The notes below the pieces were generated by a model that ran no database searches, was not told the DNA's origin, and worked only from the letters and a program-made list of their open reading frames with translations. DNA of 64,000 bases from Anthoceros angustus (taxonomy: Eukaryota > Plantae > Anthocerotophyta), in contig VJWM01000219.1 of the NCBI GenBank assembly GCA_010909165.1, positions 124,001-188,000 of the forward strand, written 5' to 3'. This document shows, piece after piece, positions 44,031 through 58,419 of the stretch. The position numbers and the translations under genes were made by a program. Positions within the stretch are counted from its first letter, which is position 1, and the number at the start of each line of letters is the position of its first letter.

Positions 44031-44854
44031 GCACATAAACTATTCAATATCAAAACTTCATAATCAAATGCCCTGTAGACAAATTGTACCGGCATGGTGC
44101 CATCCTTTGAGTTGAAACATATATGGAAATCGCCGCAATTATTGGGCGCATTGGCCTCCCTTATGTGTAATCTTCAGTGTGAAATTACATGTTGATAAAA
44201 GTAAAATTAAAGTAAAGTGTGATTGTGACGTATGGCACAATACTTTCAAGGCCTTCATGCAACCTCAAACTTTCTAGCTAGCTTTGGTGCTATGATTGTA
44301 GCTGTAGTCGGAATGAAATGACATGAGCACTCAAACATTTTCCTTTCCCTGCCCATGGATATGGACTAGAATCGACCTTTGGATATCTGCAAGGCAACAG
44401 AAGGCTTGGCTGTTTTGGATGCTCATTACTTGACCTGTTGACAAGATGTGCAAGAGCGCACCCAATTGAATAAAACAAATCGTTTCATGTAGTATATTCT
44501 CGAACCCTTAAGCAAAATCATCCGCTTCAGTTTGCTTCGGGGGTTGTGTTCATCTATCCATCTTCAGATGCCTGCATACAAGTATAAAATGTACTCCACA
44601 GTAGAATAATCCACTCTGTAGTGCAATACTCGAGTCTACGCAATGAGAACAAAGACTAGGGAAAGAGGCTTATTCCCAGCTTTTGGGCTTTTTTGCAAAA
44701 ACTTCAATTTTCTCCAACAAAAAGTGCTTAAAAATAGGTCTTGTCTTAAACAGACGTCTCTGTACCGGGATTTTTGAACATGAAAACCATTATTTAGCAC
44801 GATATAGAGGCTCCCCGACACAAAAAATTCTCCTGTCAGGATTTTCTGGTCTAG

Positions 44855-45112
44855 GAATTTGATAGCTATTGTGCTAGTTTGGGACCAGAATTTGATAACT
44901 ATTGTGCTGGTTTGGGACCAGAATTTGATAGCTATTGTGCTGGTTTGGGACCAGAATTTGATAGCTATTGTGGTTTGGGACCAGAATTTGATAGCTATTG
45001 TGCTGGTTTGGGACCAGAATTTGATAGCTATTGTGCTGGTTTGGGACCAGAATTGGATAGCTATTGTGCTGGTTTGGGACCAGAATTTGATATAGCGATT
45101 GTGCTGGTTTGG
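44855..45112. repeat. 33-bp tandem repeat x~8 (one 30-bp unit)
   Basis: GAATTTGATAGCTATTGTGCTGGTTTGGGACCA units from 44855. Confidence 0.95.
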
Positions 45113-46703
45113 CTTCGCCCACATGTGGGATGTTATGAACCTGAGACGCGCTTATATGAGTTAGACAATATAAACATGTCCCTCATTTTTCAGAAATATC
45201 GAACTTGGGAAATTCGGAGATGTATCCCCCCACTTCTTCCTTGATGGATTGTCAAGTGCACCGGTATACCGGCACACCGAAGGCTGCCTCTCTCCATGTC
45301 CTGTTCTCGCTGTGTGAATGATCCAGCTTATTGGCGCACGATAGCTGCAGGGAGAAGGTATACCGATGACCTAAGAGTTTTTAGAAACGATCATAACGAT
45401 TTTTGCCATGATGGTCTTGAAACAATAAAAGCAAAGGTTTGTGTACTGGGATGTTGTTGTACATGGTTGGGGATGTGATCCTTGAGATGGCGCCGCTTGA
45501 CATGCAGCTGTTTGTTTGTCCATGAAATGTCAGGTTTCATTCTTCAAGCCACTCCAGTCCCAAAATATCATCGTATCCTTGAGGCAGAGAGTGATTGTGC
45601 ATCGAATAAAGTCTAAAACCGTGCTTATGACTAATGGCACACACTTATTTTGAATCAGCCCGTACCTGGTTCTCATGTCGGAGCCATCATGCCGATGCCG
45701 TTCCATGTAGAAACCCTGCCGCCTCGTCCACTTTGTCCATTTGCTGGAATCAGCTGCAGACGCATGTATCATCGTACTTGATCGGCCTAGTGATCCACTT
45801 CCCCCTTACCCTCAAAGAATTCTGGCTTGGCAGCTTTTATCTTATCAAAGTTGTCCCCGACACGAGATGCTTCCCCTGTAGCCCAGAATTGTAGTGCAGC
45901 TTGTAGCGTCTCCTTCAAATGGGTGATTCACATGTTAGAGTTCTACTCGAGTTGTACAATCCGTTCATGCGTTGCGGTGAGCATTTGTGCCAGCCGCTGA
46001 TTCTCACTACCTATTTAGAGATCCTATCCCTATTGTTCGCGCCGCCCCTGCTCTTCACTAAGCACAGTCGTACTTGATGTGGGGGAAGCCCTAGAAATCA
46101 CTACTGTAGCTAGCAAAAAATCCACCTTCTCGGGTGGTACCGTGGCTGCCGAGAGGGTGGGAGGGGCTTGACATTCGCTGCCTTTACGATGATAGCTAAT
46201 CCTCATTGTGGAAGGGACAGCTCCTATACTACAAGCTACCGCCCCAGGCCCTCCTCGGAAATTATTTATTTATTTTAATAAAATACTATATAATATAATA
46301 AAAATAATTACTTAAAACTTATTTTCTTTCCATAACTTCACTTATTTACTTCCTCTAAGCACTCTATCCAAGTGAGGATCTAAGCGCAGGATGCTTAACA
46401 TCCACGTTTTTATAAATGTGTGTCCATTTGTCTAAGCAATTAGGACCTAGTTACTTATGTTAGAGGTCCCTAGCTTTTTGAGCATGTAATGTTGGCTGTT
46501 TTTAATTGACGCGGTTTGGGTGGACTTGGCTAAATCCGTGGGCATTTACCGGGCTGGGGTAGGCGGGGTTGGGAAAAAGAGGGTGGCGCGGCCATCAATG
46601 GCGTTTGCGCACCGGGGATAGACGGGAGCCCGAGCAGAGAGCAGGACAGCAACAGCAACAGCAACAGGACGAGCGAGAGCAGGCGATCGAGGCCAGGGCA
46701 AGG

Positions 46704-47931
46704 ATGCGCCAGGCTTTCTTGCTGCCCAGATACGGACACGGACACGGACTCGGACGCAGAAGCGGGAGCGAGGTGGGCGGCGGCGGGAGGCGCGGCTGGG
46801 GCGGGAGCAGCGCCGGCATAGGCATCGGCATCGGCACCGGCATCGGCATCGGCAGCAGCAGCAGGAGGCGGGAAGGATGGTGCTGGGGACTCAGTCCCAC
46901 GGCAGGACGTGGACGCCTTCTTCGACACGCTGGCCGCGGGGCTGGAGCGGCTTGAGGCGTCGATGCAGCAGGATTTCGTGAGGTGCGACTGGGTGCAGCA
47001 GGCGGTGGATCTGCTGCGCTCGCTGCACGCCGAGGTGCTGGCGCTGGTGGACAAGCTGCAACTGCCAGTGCCGGGGCGGAGCCCGGGGACAGGAGGGGCG
47101 GGAGGTGGGGGGGCCAGGCGGCAGCAGCAGCTGCAGCAGCAGGGGCAGGGGCAGGAGTGGGTGGAGAGCTACATGGAGGAGACGGTGAAGCTGCTGGAGG
47201 TGTGCAACGTGCTCAAGGCCGGGATCGCGGGGCTGGATCAGTACCACATGCTGGTGGAGGTCGGGGTGCGGGCGCTGGACTCCGCCAACCTCAAGAGCCA
47301 CTGCCACCGCTGCCTTCATGCCCTAAACGCCTGCAAGGACGAGGCGGTGCGGCTCGCGGCCGAGCACCGCAACCTGCTGGACACCAAGATCGAGGCCGAC
47401 GGGAAACTGCTGCTCAGCCTGAACGAGAAGCATGTGGACCACAAGTGCGGCCGCTGGGGGGGCTTCTGGGGAGTCATGTTTGCCGTCAAGAACGTGAACG
47501 CTTTTCTGGGACGCCTGCTGCTCTGGGTGCTGGTGTACGCCGGGGACAGGCCGCCGTTTGCCGTGCAGGCCGTGTCGCTCAAGTCCGCCTGGTGCACGTC
47601 GCTGCAGCGCCTCAGCGAGCTGGTGAACGAGGAGATGGGCCGCAAGGTGCGGGCCAAGCGCTCCTTCCTCACCTTCTTCCACGACTTCGAGCTGCTGCAC
47701 CACTGCACTCTGGCGCTCATCCTGCAGCTGCAGCCGCTCACCCGCGGGCCGTCTGTGCTCGCCCCCGCCGATACGGACAAGCTCAAGCTGTCGATGCAGC
47801 AGGTGAAGGACAACTCGGCCGCCCTCCACGCCTCCCTCGACTCCCTGGAATGGCACATCAACGACCTCTTCGATGAGGTTGTGGACGGCCGGACCAAACT
47901 CCTCACTCTCCTTACGAATGTTTTGAGTTGA
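46704..47931 (+). CDS. BPS1/ROH1-like (DUF793) protein; start uncertain
   Basis: WVQQAVDLL, EWVESYMEETVKLLEVCNVLKAGI, GFWGVMFAVKNV, SAWCTSLQRL, LEWHINDLFDEVVDGRTKLL. The 46909-47931 frame has no upstream ATG. Confidence 0.8.
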
Positions 47932-48059
47932 CACAACGCTCCCCTCATTTGGTGTCATTCGCAACATGGATGGATTTTACATAAAGCGGTGCCGCTGCTG
48001 TATTGCTGTGGAGTTTCAACTCGTATCACAGACGGAAGCGAGCATTACAACCAGCATCT

Positions 48060-48975
48060 TCACTTCCTCGCAGAAGGCTCCAACTGTCTCTCCAAATCTT
48101 GCAGCTCTCGCCGCCATTCCTCCAGCTTCCGGATTTTCTCCATCTGTTCCTGGCTCAACGCACTAGCATCCAACTCCTCCAACGAAGCAGCGAGACGAAT
48201 CTGGTCCAGCCATAGAAACATATAAATATTCACATGAATATATGTATCCATTGTGCCAGGAATTCTTCTAGAAAGCCATTCGACATTTCAGCTAGGACAC
48301 ACTCACCTTCTTCCTTAACGCCCTCAGTCGCTTCTCCACACCCGGGCTAGCCTCCGTAGACGCGCCTGGGAGGCCGACAGCAAGGGTCTCCATTTGCCCG
48401 ATCAGAGCTTCAGGCGCCGCAGGGGCAGACGCAGGCTCAGGCTCAGGCTCAGGCTTGGACTCTACTGCCTCTGCAGCGACCTGAAAGGCACCAAAAGCGT
48501 TAACAAAAAACCTAATTAACCAACTGCGAAACAGGGAACTTGCAAGGCAAGCAAGAGGCGGGCTCACATAAGCCAGAAGGCCGGCACCTGCTGCTTCTTC
48601 TCCTTCCTCTTCTCGTTCTTCTTAGCAGCCTTGGTTTTTGCCTTGGGCACATCCGCCGGGTCGTAGCCTGGAGGGAGTTGCGGCCCTCCATGTCGAAACT
48701 GCGCGCAGATGAAAGCAAGCAATCAAGCAAGCCGGTGAGGATTGAAGACGCAAATAAACAAGCATGATGAACAGCAGAGGGTCGGCGTGAGTACGCACCT
48801 GCGAGCCCTTAGACTGGTAGATGGCCACTTCTTCCTGCGGAGTGTACCCCGCGCGGATGCGCACCGCCTTCCGCAAGCTACCGTCGGGCCGCCTTGTGGC
48901 TGCAATCACTCGCTCGCCGTCCTTCAACGCCACTGCCGGCACTTCCACCCTCTTGCCGCCATCGGAGGATGCCAT
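48060..48975 (-). CDS. PYM: Partner of Y14 and Mago (4 exons)
   Basis: GERVIAATRRPDGSLRKAVRIRAGYTPQEEVAIYQSKG, PPGYDP, KTKAAKKNEKRKEKK, EKRLRALRKK|IR. Confidence 0.92.
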
Positions 48976-49272
48976 CGCGCAGATTCCGCTCAAGCTCGCT
49001 ACCTATTTATTCCTTTAGATACAGACACGAGACTGCACTAAAAAAGTCCCGAGCCTGCACCGTTAAAACGGGGACCGCGTCTTTTCCTGTTCCGGACTCA
49101 AAAGCCGCTACATGCAGCCATGGCCAACACAAGGTACAGTAATTTCTCTTAGCTACAAGACCTAGTCTAGAAAGTGACAAGTCAGGACACCAACATATTG
49201 AGCTCCAGCCACATCAACACGCAGGGATAGGTATGCAGCTTGTGCCCAACGTCAGAGACACGGAAAGAGTCT

Positions 49273-50394
<1,122 letters not shown>

Positions 50395-50496
50395 GGCTGC
50401 ACTCTTTACTCTAGGGTAGACTGACATTTAAATTTCCGTGCCCTCGACTATTTGGTACTTCGTCCGATGCGAGGCTAAGCGCATCTTCAGGAGACC

Positions 50497-52727
50497 ATGG
50501 ACGCTGCGAAGCTCTCCCAGTTGAAGCTCTTTGTGAAGCAGGTGGAGGCCAATCCTGCGGTGCTGCAGGATCCCTCCCTCCACTTCTTCCGCGATTTTCT
50601 GGAACGGTGAGTTCTTTCTCCTGTCCGCCAATTGCAGCATGTTTTAGCGCGGCGTGGGCTGGCTGTGGTAGCGCCGCTGTTCGCGCGAGCAGCGGTATTC
50701 AAGATCTGTGTGTTGGTGCAGCCTAGGAGCCAAGCTGCCCGCTTCAGCGTACGGGAAGGCGGAGAAGACGAAGGTGCGGTACTACTGTCCCTTGAGCTGA
50801 GCTGCTCAGTGCTGCACGCTCCTGTTCTTGGCTGAACTTGCACTTCGCTGAACAAGTGCGTCGGAACGCCTCCGTCTTTGCAGAGCTTTGACGTGGAAGG
50901 GAGCGACGATGACATGCCTGAGCTTGAGGAGCAATTTGACACTGCCAAGCCTTTCCCCTCCAAGGGCTGGGAGGATGAGGCCAGCGATGAAGAGCCGGAG
51001 TCCGAAGTTGAGTTGGATGATGCCGGAGTGGTGCCCCCTGATGACGATCCTCCTCAGAAGGTTAGACTGGCTTCGAATCGCAGTCAATTACCTTGCAGCA
51101 TTCGAATGTGGAGGTTGGGAGCGTTGTTGTCGTCCGTCACCCTTTTTGGGAACGTGTGCACAGATGGGAGATCCCTCGGTTGAAGTCACAGATGAGGCGA
51201 GAGACAACGCGCAGATAGCGAAGGGCAAAGCTATGGAAGCTCTTGCTGAAGGTTGTCTGTCATTCTCTTTTGCTGTTGAGGCATCCAGTTGGGGTACTAT
51301 TTGCACCTCTCATCGTGCTGTGCGTCACCTACATTTGCAGGCAACCTAGACGAAGCAGTGAAACAGCTCACGGAGGCTATCATCGCCAATCCGACCTCTG
51401 CCTTGCTGTATGCAAACCGAGGTGACAACAACGTTGTGTGGAAGTTCACCGTGTTGTATTCTGTCTGCTGATTGTTGACTAAGTCGCACAAAAGCTTGGC
51501 TGACATAGTAGGTCCCAACGTGCAGCTGGCGTTTACGTGAAGATGAAGAAGCCTAATGCTGCTATCCGAGACTCTGATGCTGCACTGAAGGTACCAGCAC
51601 CGCTTGCTAGCTTGGTCCTCTTCATGCATGTAGGAGGTTGCGCAATGCTGTATCTGTATGGACGAGGCAGAAGTCAGTCCCTTTGCTGCTTGAAGTAACA
51701 GCCACCCAAGGCACACATCATTTTGCTGTGCTCCCAAGTGCATTAAATACAGGGAGCAGCTGAAACGGTGTGGGTGCAGATTAATCCTGACTCTGCGAAG
51801 GCTTACAAGTGGAGAGGGGAAGCTAAAGCCCTTCTTGGCCAGTGGGAAGAAGCTGCCAAAGATCTGCACGTGGCCTCTAGGCTTGACTACGATGAGGAGA
51901 TTGCTGCTGTGCTGAGAAAGGTATTGTGGTGATTAGAGGTTCTCATGTTATCTGTTTAGTTTATCATAGGGACAACTGCCTTTTGCACTTCCTTTTTGTC
52001 CCACACAAACAAGCTGTTTGAACAAAAGTGACTCTTGGATTTGCTGCTGAATACCAGGTGGAGCCAAATGCGCATGCACTGGAGGAGCATCGAAGAAAGT
52101 ACGAGAGGCTGAGAAAGAATAAGGAGGAGAACCGAGCTGCGGAAATTAGGAACAGACGCCGGGCTCAGGCTCAGGTGTGTCATGTTGGGTCATGTCGGAA
52201 TGCTGTAGGCCCATCTGCTTGGCGGTCTGCTGATGTGTCGTATTTGCAGGCTGCATATAATGCATCAAAGAAGGAAAAGAATGCAGGGCCAGGCGGGTTT
52301 CCGTTCGGCGGGGCTCCAAATACGGCAGGAGGATTTGGTGGAATCCCCAGTACTCCGGGAGGTGTCGATATGAGTAAACTCCTGAAAGTAATTAAAATCT
52401 ACCCTCTGGCCTTGGGGGGGTGTTAGCGTGTGTTGTTACCTGCTCTAGTTCTGACCGCTCCTTCCCTTCATCGTCAGGACCCGGAGTTGATGGCTGCGTT
52501 TCAAGACCAGGAGGTCATGACGGCGTTGCAAGATGGTTAGCTGCCCACCACGTACCTGCTTTTCTCGTTTCGACATCTCCTCTGCGTGTGTTTGCGTGAG
52601 TTACCATGTGATGATTTGCAATGCAGTCATGGCGAATCCGGCCAACATAGCGAAGTATCAACAGAATCCGAAGATCGCCACAACAATTGCCAAAGTGATG
52701 AAGTTGACAGGCTACGGCGGTTCATGA
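50497..52727 (+). CDS. HIP: Hsp70-interacting protein (Hip/ST13/FAM10; dimerisation, TPR and STI1 domains)
   Basis: [88 protein letters not shown]. Confidence 0.95.
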
Positions 52728-52950
52728 GCGTAGGCAGCTCGCACGCGTAACGATGGTGCGATTACTCTCTAGTTTGGTGCGTTTGGCGGTAGCGCCCTGA
52801 CTCTCACCGCCTATGTCAAAACTCGAGTGCATGACGCGAGTACACGCTCAACTTTTGGACAGTTTTACAGTTTTAACTTATGTACAAATGTTTGCAATCC
52901 GCGACTACCGACAGCGCAGTCCGGAACACGACTGCGAACGTGGGCCGCGT

Positions 52951-53598
52951 ATCATTTCCGATCCTGGAAAACTCCTGCCTGGTAACCTGGCTCACAGAAC
53001 TCCCCACCGAGCTCATCACAGGCCTCCCCTGGAAACACACTGAACGTTCAAATGCACGATGTTACAGACTGTGAACAGATTTAAGCCTACGGAGCTGCTG
53101 GTGGGCGATCGCGGGGGAATGGTCATTCTTACGTTTTTGATTGCTTCCTGTAGTCAAGATACTCCCGGCCCCTCACTTTGGGGTGCGATCTGGTTGCAGC
53201 GGGTGCAGCTTCTCCTGCCTTCGGTTTCACCTCTGCCCCAACACCATCGGCTTCGCAGTGCTCTCCTCCCAATTCATCGCACGCTTCAGCCGGGAACACT
53301 CTGCGACAAACATGCACTGGGAACTCCATCAGCGACCGAGAAACGCCAGCGCGCAACGTGGCAACGCAATCCTGGTTCCAGACTTCCGTCGCAATGCGGA
53401 CGGCCATGAGGTTCTGGATCGGGTGACTCACGATTGGTCCCCATCGTACGCTACATACTCCTTCCCAGGCACGGCCCGAAGTCGCAACACGCCCGGCCGG
53501 GCTGGCTGAGCCTGACTCTGGGCTGCCAGGCGAGAGATAGGCGAAAACGATTGAGCGGGAGCGCCAGCCACAACACCGAAGAAGACCGTGGACGCCAT
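52951..53598 (-). CDS. LIR1: Light-regulated protein Lir1 (3 exons; chloroplast transit peptide)
   Basis: Two Lir1 repeats, SVFPAEACDELGGEHC and TVFPGEACDELGGEFCEPGY, plus REYLDY; GT-AG introns in frame. Confidence 0.92.
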
Positions 53599-54559
53599 CT
53601 CAAGGCGGGAGCAAAGGGCAATGGGGAGGTGCAGTGTGCAAGACACACTAGGCGTTCAAGAAAATCATCCCGCAGCTGCCAGAGCACAATGATAGGAGCC
53701 TTTGGATTGGCAGGCAGGTATATCTGGACACGTAAGATGGCCGTGTTTGCACAAGTGTCAAAAGTCCTCATATCTCCTGGTCAAGTACCAAGTCCCATGA
53801 CGGAAATCCGTCCTTAGTGGACTCAAATAAAATTTTCTTCTTCTTCTTCCTCTCTCCTGCAAAATTAAAGTGGATGGGATTTCCCATCTCTTCTTCTTCT
53901 ATGAAGTCTCCACGTTACAGAAAATTAAAGAAATTTATTGTTCCTCCTCCGACAGGGCTTCATGGGTGATTATTTTATTTTTATACATGGGTGCTATTTA
54001 TCATTATAAGATGGGGATCTCGTGAAGGCTACACATGAGGGAATCGATGCACCGGGTAGACTAGGACGATTTACACACACACGAGGTTCCATAGAAGTAA
54101 ATTTGGGGCCTATTAATGGAGCATTTAATTAATTTTAAGGTTTATCCTGGTCCATATATCAATCTTGAAACATGGTGGATGGCAGGTCGGTGTTGTCTTT
54201 CAGTCATGTTGTGGAAACCTATATGTGAAATTTGGGCAGCAACCTCAGTTGCTCGGGCCATTTGGCAGCAAAGAATGCATACAGAAATTTGAACATTAAT
54301 GATATGAGGAGATTTGAAAAATGAGGATGAAACAATCCCTCCACGGAGCATTCTAACTACAAAACGTTCCCTCTATGAAATAGTCCCACCAAGAAACATC
54401 CCACCATGTAACAGCCCATCTTGAAGGTTTGGCATGAAAAGATAGAACTGCATCTTTGGAGTACTTGTTACAATTCAATGTGAAAATGAGGAGGACGGGT
54501 GAGGGGACCTTCTCCAGCTTGAACACTAAACTTTGTTCCTCCACAGCTTTTCACCCACG

Positions 54560-55345
54560 TATAGGTATTGAAAGACATTTTGTGTGGCGCATGTGCTGGG
54601 CTGCAACAAGATTAGTGGCCTCCTACCTACATTTTGCAGAATTTTCTCACAACAATGCCGTCAATAGTTCTACAAGTATTTGACATTTCCTGTTTAACAA
54701 AGGCTTTCATCCCCGTACCTGTCTATCTGTATCTCTACCTACTCATAACGCCATCCCGGTTGCAACAGATTTTCTGGGTCATCGTGTTACTATTCAAGAA
54801 CAGGCTCGCCGACTTGCAGATGAGGCTCAAAATCACCAGGCTTAATATGCTAATTGACATCGTCACCATCGATCCCTATCTCTCGGTCCATGTGTTTTAC
54901 TCTCTGCCCAAAATCTTCCTCCCCTCGTGGGCGTTCGGAAGCTTTCGCCACGGATTTTAGATCATTATCACGTTATACGTCAGGTAGGCCACATGTGGCT
55001 TATGAATTGGCTCTTCCTGCTACTTGTTGTCTTCACCTACTGTTCTACATGTTTCCCTTCTAAAGCCTTAACACGGCCCTCCTCCTGCAGCCCTAGGCCC
55101 TGTCATCACCCCACGCTAGCTGTGGGTATGAAGTGGACGGCATCTTGCAACACCGTCTTCCACGGAGAAAACTTCAGGTTCTTGTTTTGTGGAAGGGCTA
55201 TCCCCTCTCTGAGGCCACTTGGGAGCCCTTGGATCACCTTGTAAATGGTCCACATGTTTTGCGTGCTTACCTGGTGCAGCATCAGCTACCCTTGCCTAGC
55301 TTCATGGTCGAAGCTTTTTCACCCCGAGCTGAGTTGTCACGGTAA
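54560..55345 (+). mobile_element. Ty3/gypsy chromovirus relic (integrase C-part plus chromodomain)
   Basis: YLHFAEFSHNNAVNSST, AYELALP, ILQHRLPRRKLQVLVLWKGYPLSEATWEPLDHL. Confidence 0.85.
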
Positions 55346-55810
55346 CTTGGTTAAGTATCAGTTAGGTATCACGATTACGTTAACTCTAGTTAGCCAGCTG
55401 CAGCATATACAATATAAACACGATAATTTTTGAAGGGGGGGAATATACTAACCCCCTTCGGTCGACACAGCACCCCCTTGTCACGAAGAACACCTTACCT
55501 AAAACAGCATATTAGCCCTACTTTGATAATGCACACACCCTTTACGAGGTCATACCGTTGATAAATGCCACACTTTCAAGTGAACACCCTAGAAATGGAG
55601 CACAGTAGGGTGCGGGCCCGTCTGCATTTTTGTAGAATGTTTAGAGGGTTGCCATTTTCATATGTTTAGTACAACCGAAAACTTTTACTTTGAAGTGGTG
55701 GAACACAATAAAAACAATCATGTACTAGAGGGAGTCCCATTTTAATCGTCGTAACAACATTGCAACAAACATCTGCTAAAGGAGGGAGTGGTCATCGGCA
55801 TCGACAATAC

Positions 55811-56478
55811 TCATTGAAGAGTGCGGCCTGGGGACTCATCCATGCCTTGCACCGACACTGAGTCAAGAACCACCGCCATATTCCGGAGGCGGTCCATATC
55901 TTTCGCCTCAAAGTTATCGTTCTCCTCCATTGCTTGCTCGTCTTCAATAGTATCATTCCTGGGCCCACCGTCTGACGGTGTGGATTGCCACACAGCATCT
56001 AGGGTTTGCTGACCCTCATCCAAAAGGTCGCCAGTCGTGGTCTTCAACCTTCTGGCACTCAATGCAACCACTTGGGCTGTAAGGCAATCCTTCTTACTTA
56101 TGCAAACCTCCTTTGCCCAGAACTGGGATGGACCCCTGCGATGCGGCTCGAACGTTAGCTCTTCCTCTGCGTCTCGTAGGACTTGTACACCATGTATGCG
56201 TTGTTCAATGTACCCCGCGCACCTCAACTCGGCTTCAATCGCAATGCAGTTCCAGCCACATAACAGTGCTGCCAATGTTGTCGTGCCGCTCCCTGCACAA
56301 GCATCCACAACCCAATCTCCTTCCCTGGAGAATGTTTTGACAAGTTTTGTCATAAGGCCTAAGAAGGAATGTCGCGCTGCCTAGGTTGTCATAGGGGTGA
56401 CCGGTTGAGGCACTGAAAGGGGCGTGATTTGCTTTCTTCTTAACAGCTGTGGGTTGGAGAACATGAGGATGATTGCAG
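55811..56478 (-). pseudogene. C-terminal half of a beta-class amino DNA methyltransferase-like protein (N6_N4_Mtase)
   Basis: LMTKLVKTFSREGDWVVDACAGSGTTTLAALLCGWNCIAIEAE matches the motif I-II block (...li..fs..Gd.VlD.f.GsGTT..aa...gr..igiE). The SAM-binding GxG lies at ~56293-56285. Confidence 0.75.
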
Positions 56479-57609
56479 ATGTCTGGTAGGGGTCGATCTC
56501 GAAGAGATGCACACAGGAGGTCACCACCGCCTGTCACTGCAAGGGATTTACGAGCCTTGCGGAGGAATCGGCTAAGGCGCGCGGTGGCTGCTCGAGGCGG
56601 CGGAGGAAGTGGAGCCACGCAGGCGGGCCAAGTCGCCTTAACTCCGAAGGCAGCAAGTCGGACCGACGGACGGAGTTTGTGGAAGAGGAAGAGGCGGAGA
56701 TCACCGACAGCGAGAGGAAGGAGGTCGTGGAAGAAAAATTGGTGTCCAGTGACGAGGAAGGGGCACCCTTTTCCGAGCACGACTTGCCTTCCGCGACCGT
56801 CGCGGAACTCCCGCGACGTTTTGCTCCTCGAAGCGGTGATACCACTTAACCAATGGCCAGCGGCGGCTGAGGTCGGTCGGTGGGAAATTCGGGCCCAGTC
56901 GGATTTGTTGGAGCGTCTCGATCGAATCTCCGATCAGATTGATCTGTTGGGACGGACCAGAGGGGAGGTCGCTACTCCTTTGTTGGTGGAAAATTTCCGT
57001 GCTCAAGGATCCCGATCTGTCTCCTGTTACTCCGAAGGAAGAAGAAGTGTTGGGGCAGCATTAACGCTCAGGACGAGCAACATGAGTGGAGTTGGTGGAG
57101 GAGGAGGGCCGCCACAGCTTCACAGTCGCCAGCAATACGTCAAATTCGGCGAGAAGAAGAAGGGAGATGACGCGGAGGCGTTTGTAAGAACTTTCGAGCA
57201 CGTCTCCCACGCGAATTTGGAGGATGGAGTCGCCGATCGACTGCGCATCTTTCCGGGACTGCTGAGAGGGCATGCCCAACAGTGGTATGGTCGCACATAT
57301 AATTCGGTGGCGCAGCGGATTGGGAAGCTCTTAAGGCAGCCTTCTTGAATCGGTTCCGAGGCTCATTCGCACACCACACTTTGGCGCAAGAGGACCCTTT
57401 GTAGGAAGAAGCGAGAGTCTTTGTTCGATTATGTGGAGAGGTTTTACGGATATCTGGATCGAGTTCCGAAATGTGCACCCGAGGCCGGAGATCCGCCCAC
57501 CTCCGGGTACTCACAAGAGCAAGCGTTGGATTGGTTTGTGAGTGGCTTGTCGCGAAGATGGAGGTACCGCGGTAGCGGGCGAGACGCGTTAGCGGGGCCC
57601 TCCGCTTAG
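56479..57609 (+). mobile_element. Ty3/gypsy gag (Retrotrans_gag) fragment, from ATG to the end of the capsid region
   Basis: MSGRGRSRR...; KFGEKKKGDDAEAFVRTFE, LLRGHAQQWY, DWEALKAAFLNRF, ESLFDYVERF, ALDWFVSGL; frameshifted. Confidence 0.8.
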
Positions 57610-58330
57610 CATTTTGTGGTTTCATCGCTTTTGCAGTGTTTTCAAAGGAACCGAGGGTCGACCATAGGTTGGGCCTCCTTCCACACACAATTTCATAGAC
57701 TCACCGTGGGCTTCTTCAACTCCATGCAAGGCGATAAGCTGAACTCCTTCTTTGGTGGTCTTCTCTTCAAAACTCGGCATTTCCCAACATGGCCAAATCC
57801 ATGCGCTTGTCCATAAGACCGATGTCAAAGCCAAGGGGACGTCCATGACAAGCAAAGTGTATCTCCTTCCCACACAATTTCATAGACTCACCGTGGGCTT
57901 CTTCAACTCCATGCAAGACGATAAGCCCGAACTCCTTCTTTGGTGGTCTTCTCTTCAAAACTCAAAATCAGCTGTTCCCAACATGGCCAAATCCATGCGC
58001 TTGTCCATAAGACCGATGTCAAAGCCAAGGGGACGCCCACAAGCAAAGTGTATCTCCTTCCGCAGATAACCACGCATGTCAAGAACATTCGTCCTTCGAT
58101 GCGGTACTAGACACCTTTTGATCGATGGAGCGTTGAAAACGTGGAGTCCTCTTGCAAGTCCTTATCTGCTAAAGCCGCTGCTCATTCTCAAGCCCTTCAA
58201 TTATTGATCTCAATATGAAATGGCGAAACTCCTCGGAAGTTTCGACCAGACCTCCACATCCTTCAATTGTCGCATGCAATCCAGATGGTCGTGAAGAATA
58301 TCCTATACTTTTCCACGAAAGGAACAGCTA
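57610..58330 (-). pseudogene. N-terminal half of the amino-MTase-like protein, noisy copy A (internal ~190-bp duplication)
   Basis: RRYTLLVMDVP..., SFEEKTT, LHGVEEAH, GGPTYGRPSVPLK. Confidence 0.6.
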
Positions 58331-58419
58331 TTGCAACAGCGCGTGGCGTCATCCTCTGACACCATTCTCGGTAGCCCACAAGCGGGTGGCGCGCGGAGGT
58401 AGGCGCCGGCGGCCGCCCC

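Noticed and set aside
44855-45112. CRISPR-like appearance of the 33-bp (and 45-bp, 6982-7161) arrays
   Set aside because: Units are contiguous with no unique spacers, there are no cas genes, and the context is eukaryotic.
45700-45930. Possible gypsy gag relic (KAAKPEFFEGKG) on the minus strand
   Set aside because: A single short motif, too weak to call.
46530-47967. Long antisense ORFs over the BPS1-like gene (likewise over STAR2, PITH and pectate lyase)
   Set aside because: Shadow ORFs of high-GC3 coding sequence.
55432-55459. GAAGGGGG...CCCCCTTC hairpin as a terminator or Helitron end
   Set aside because: No U-tract or CTRR; it is more simply a PPT-like run next to a C-run. No function can be supported.
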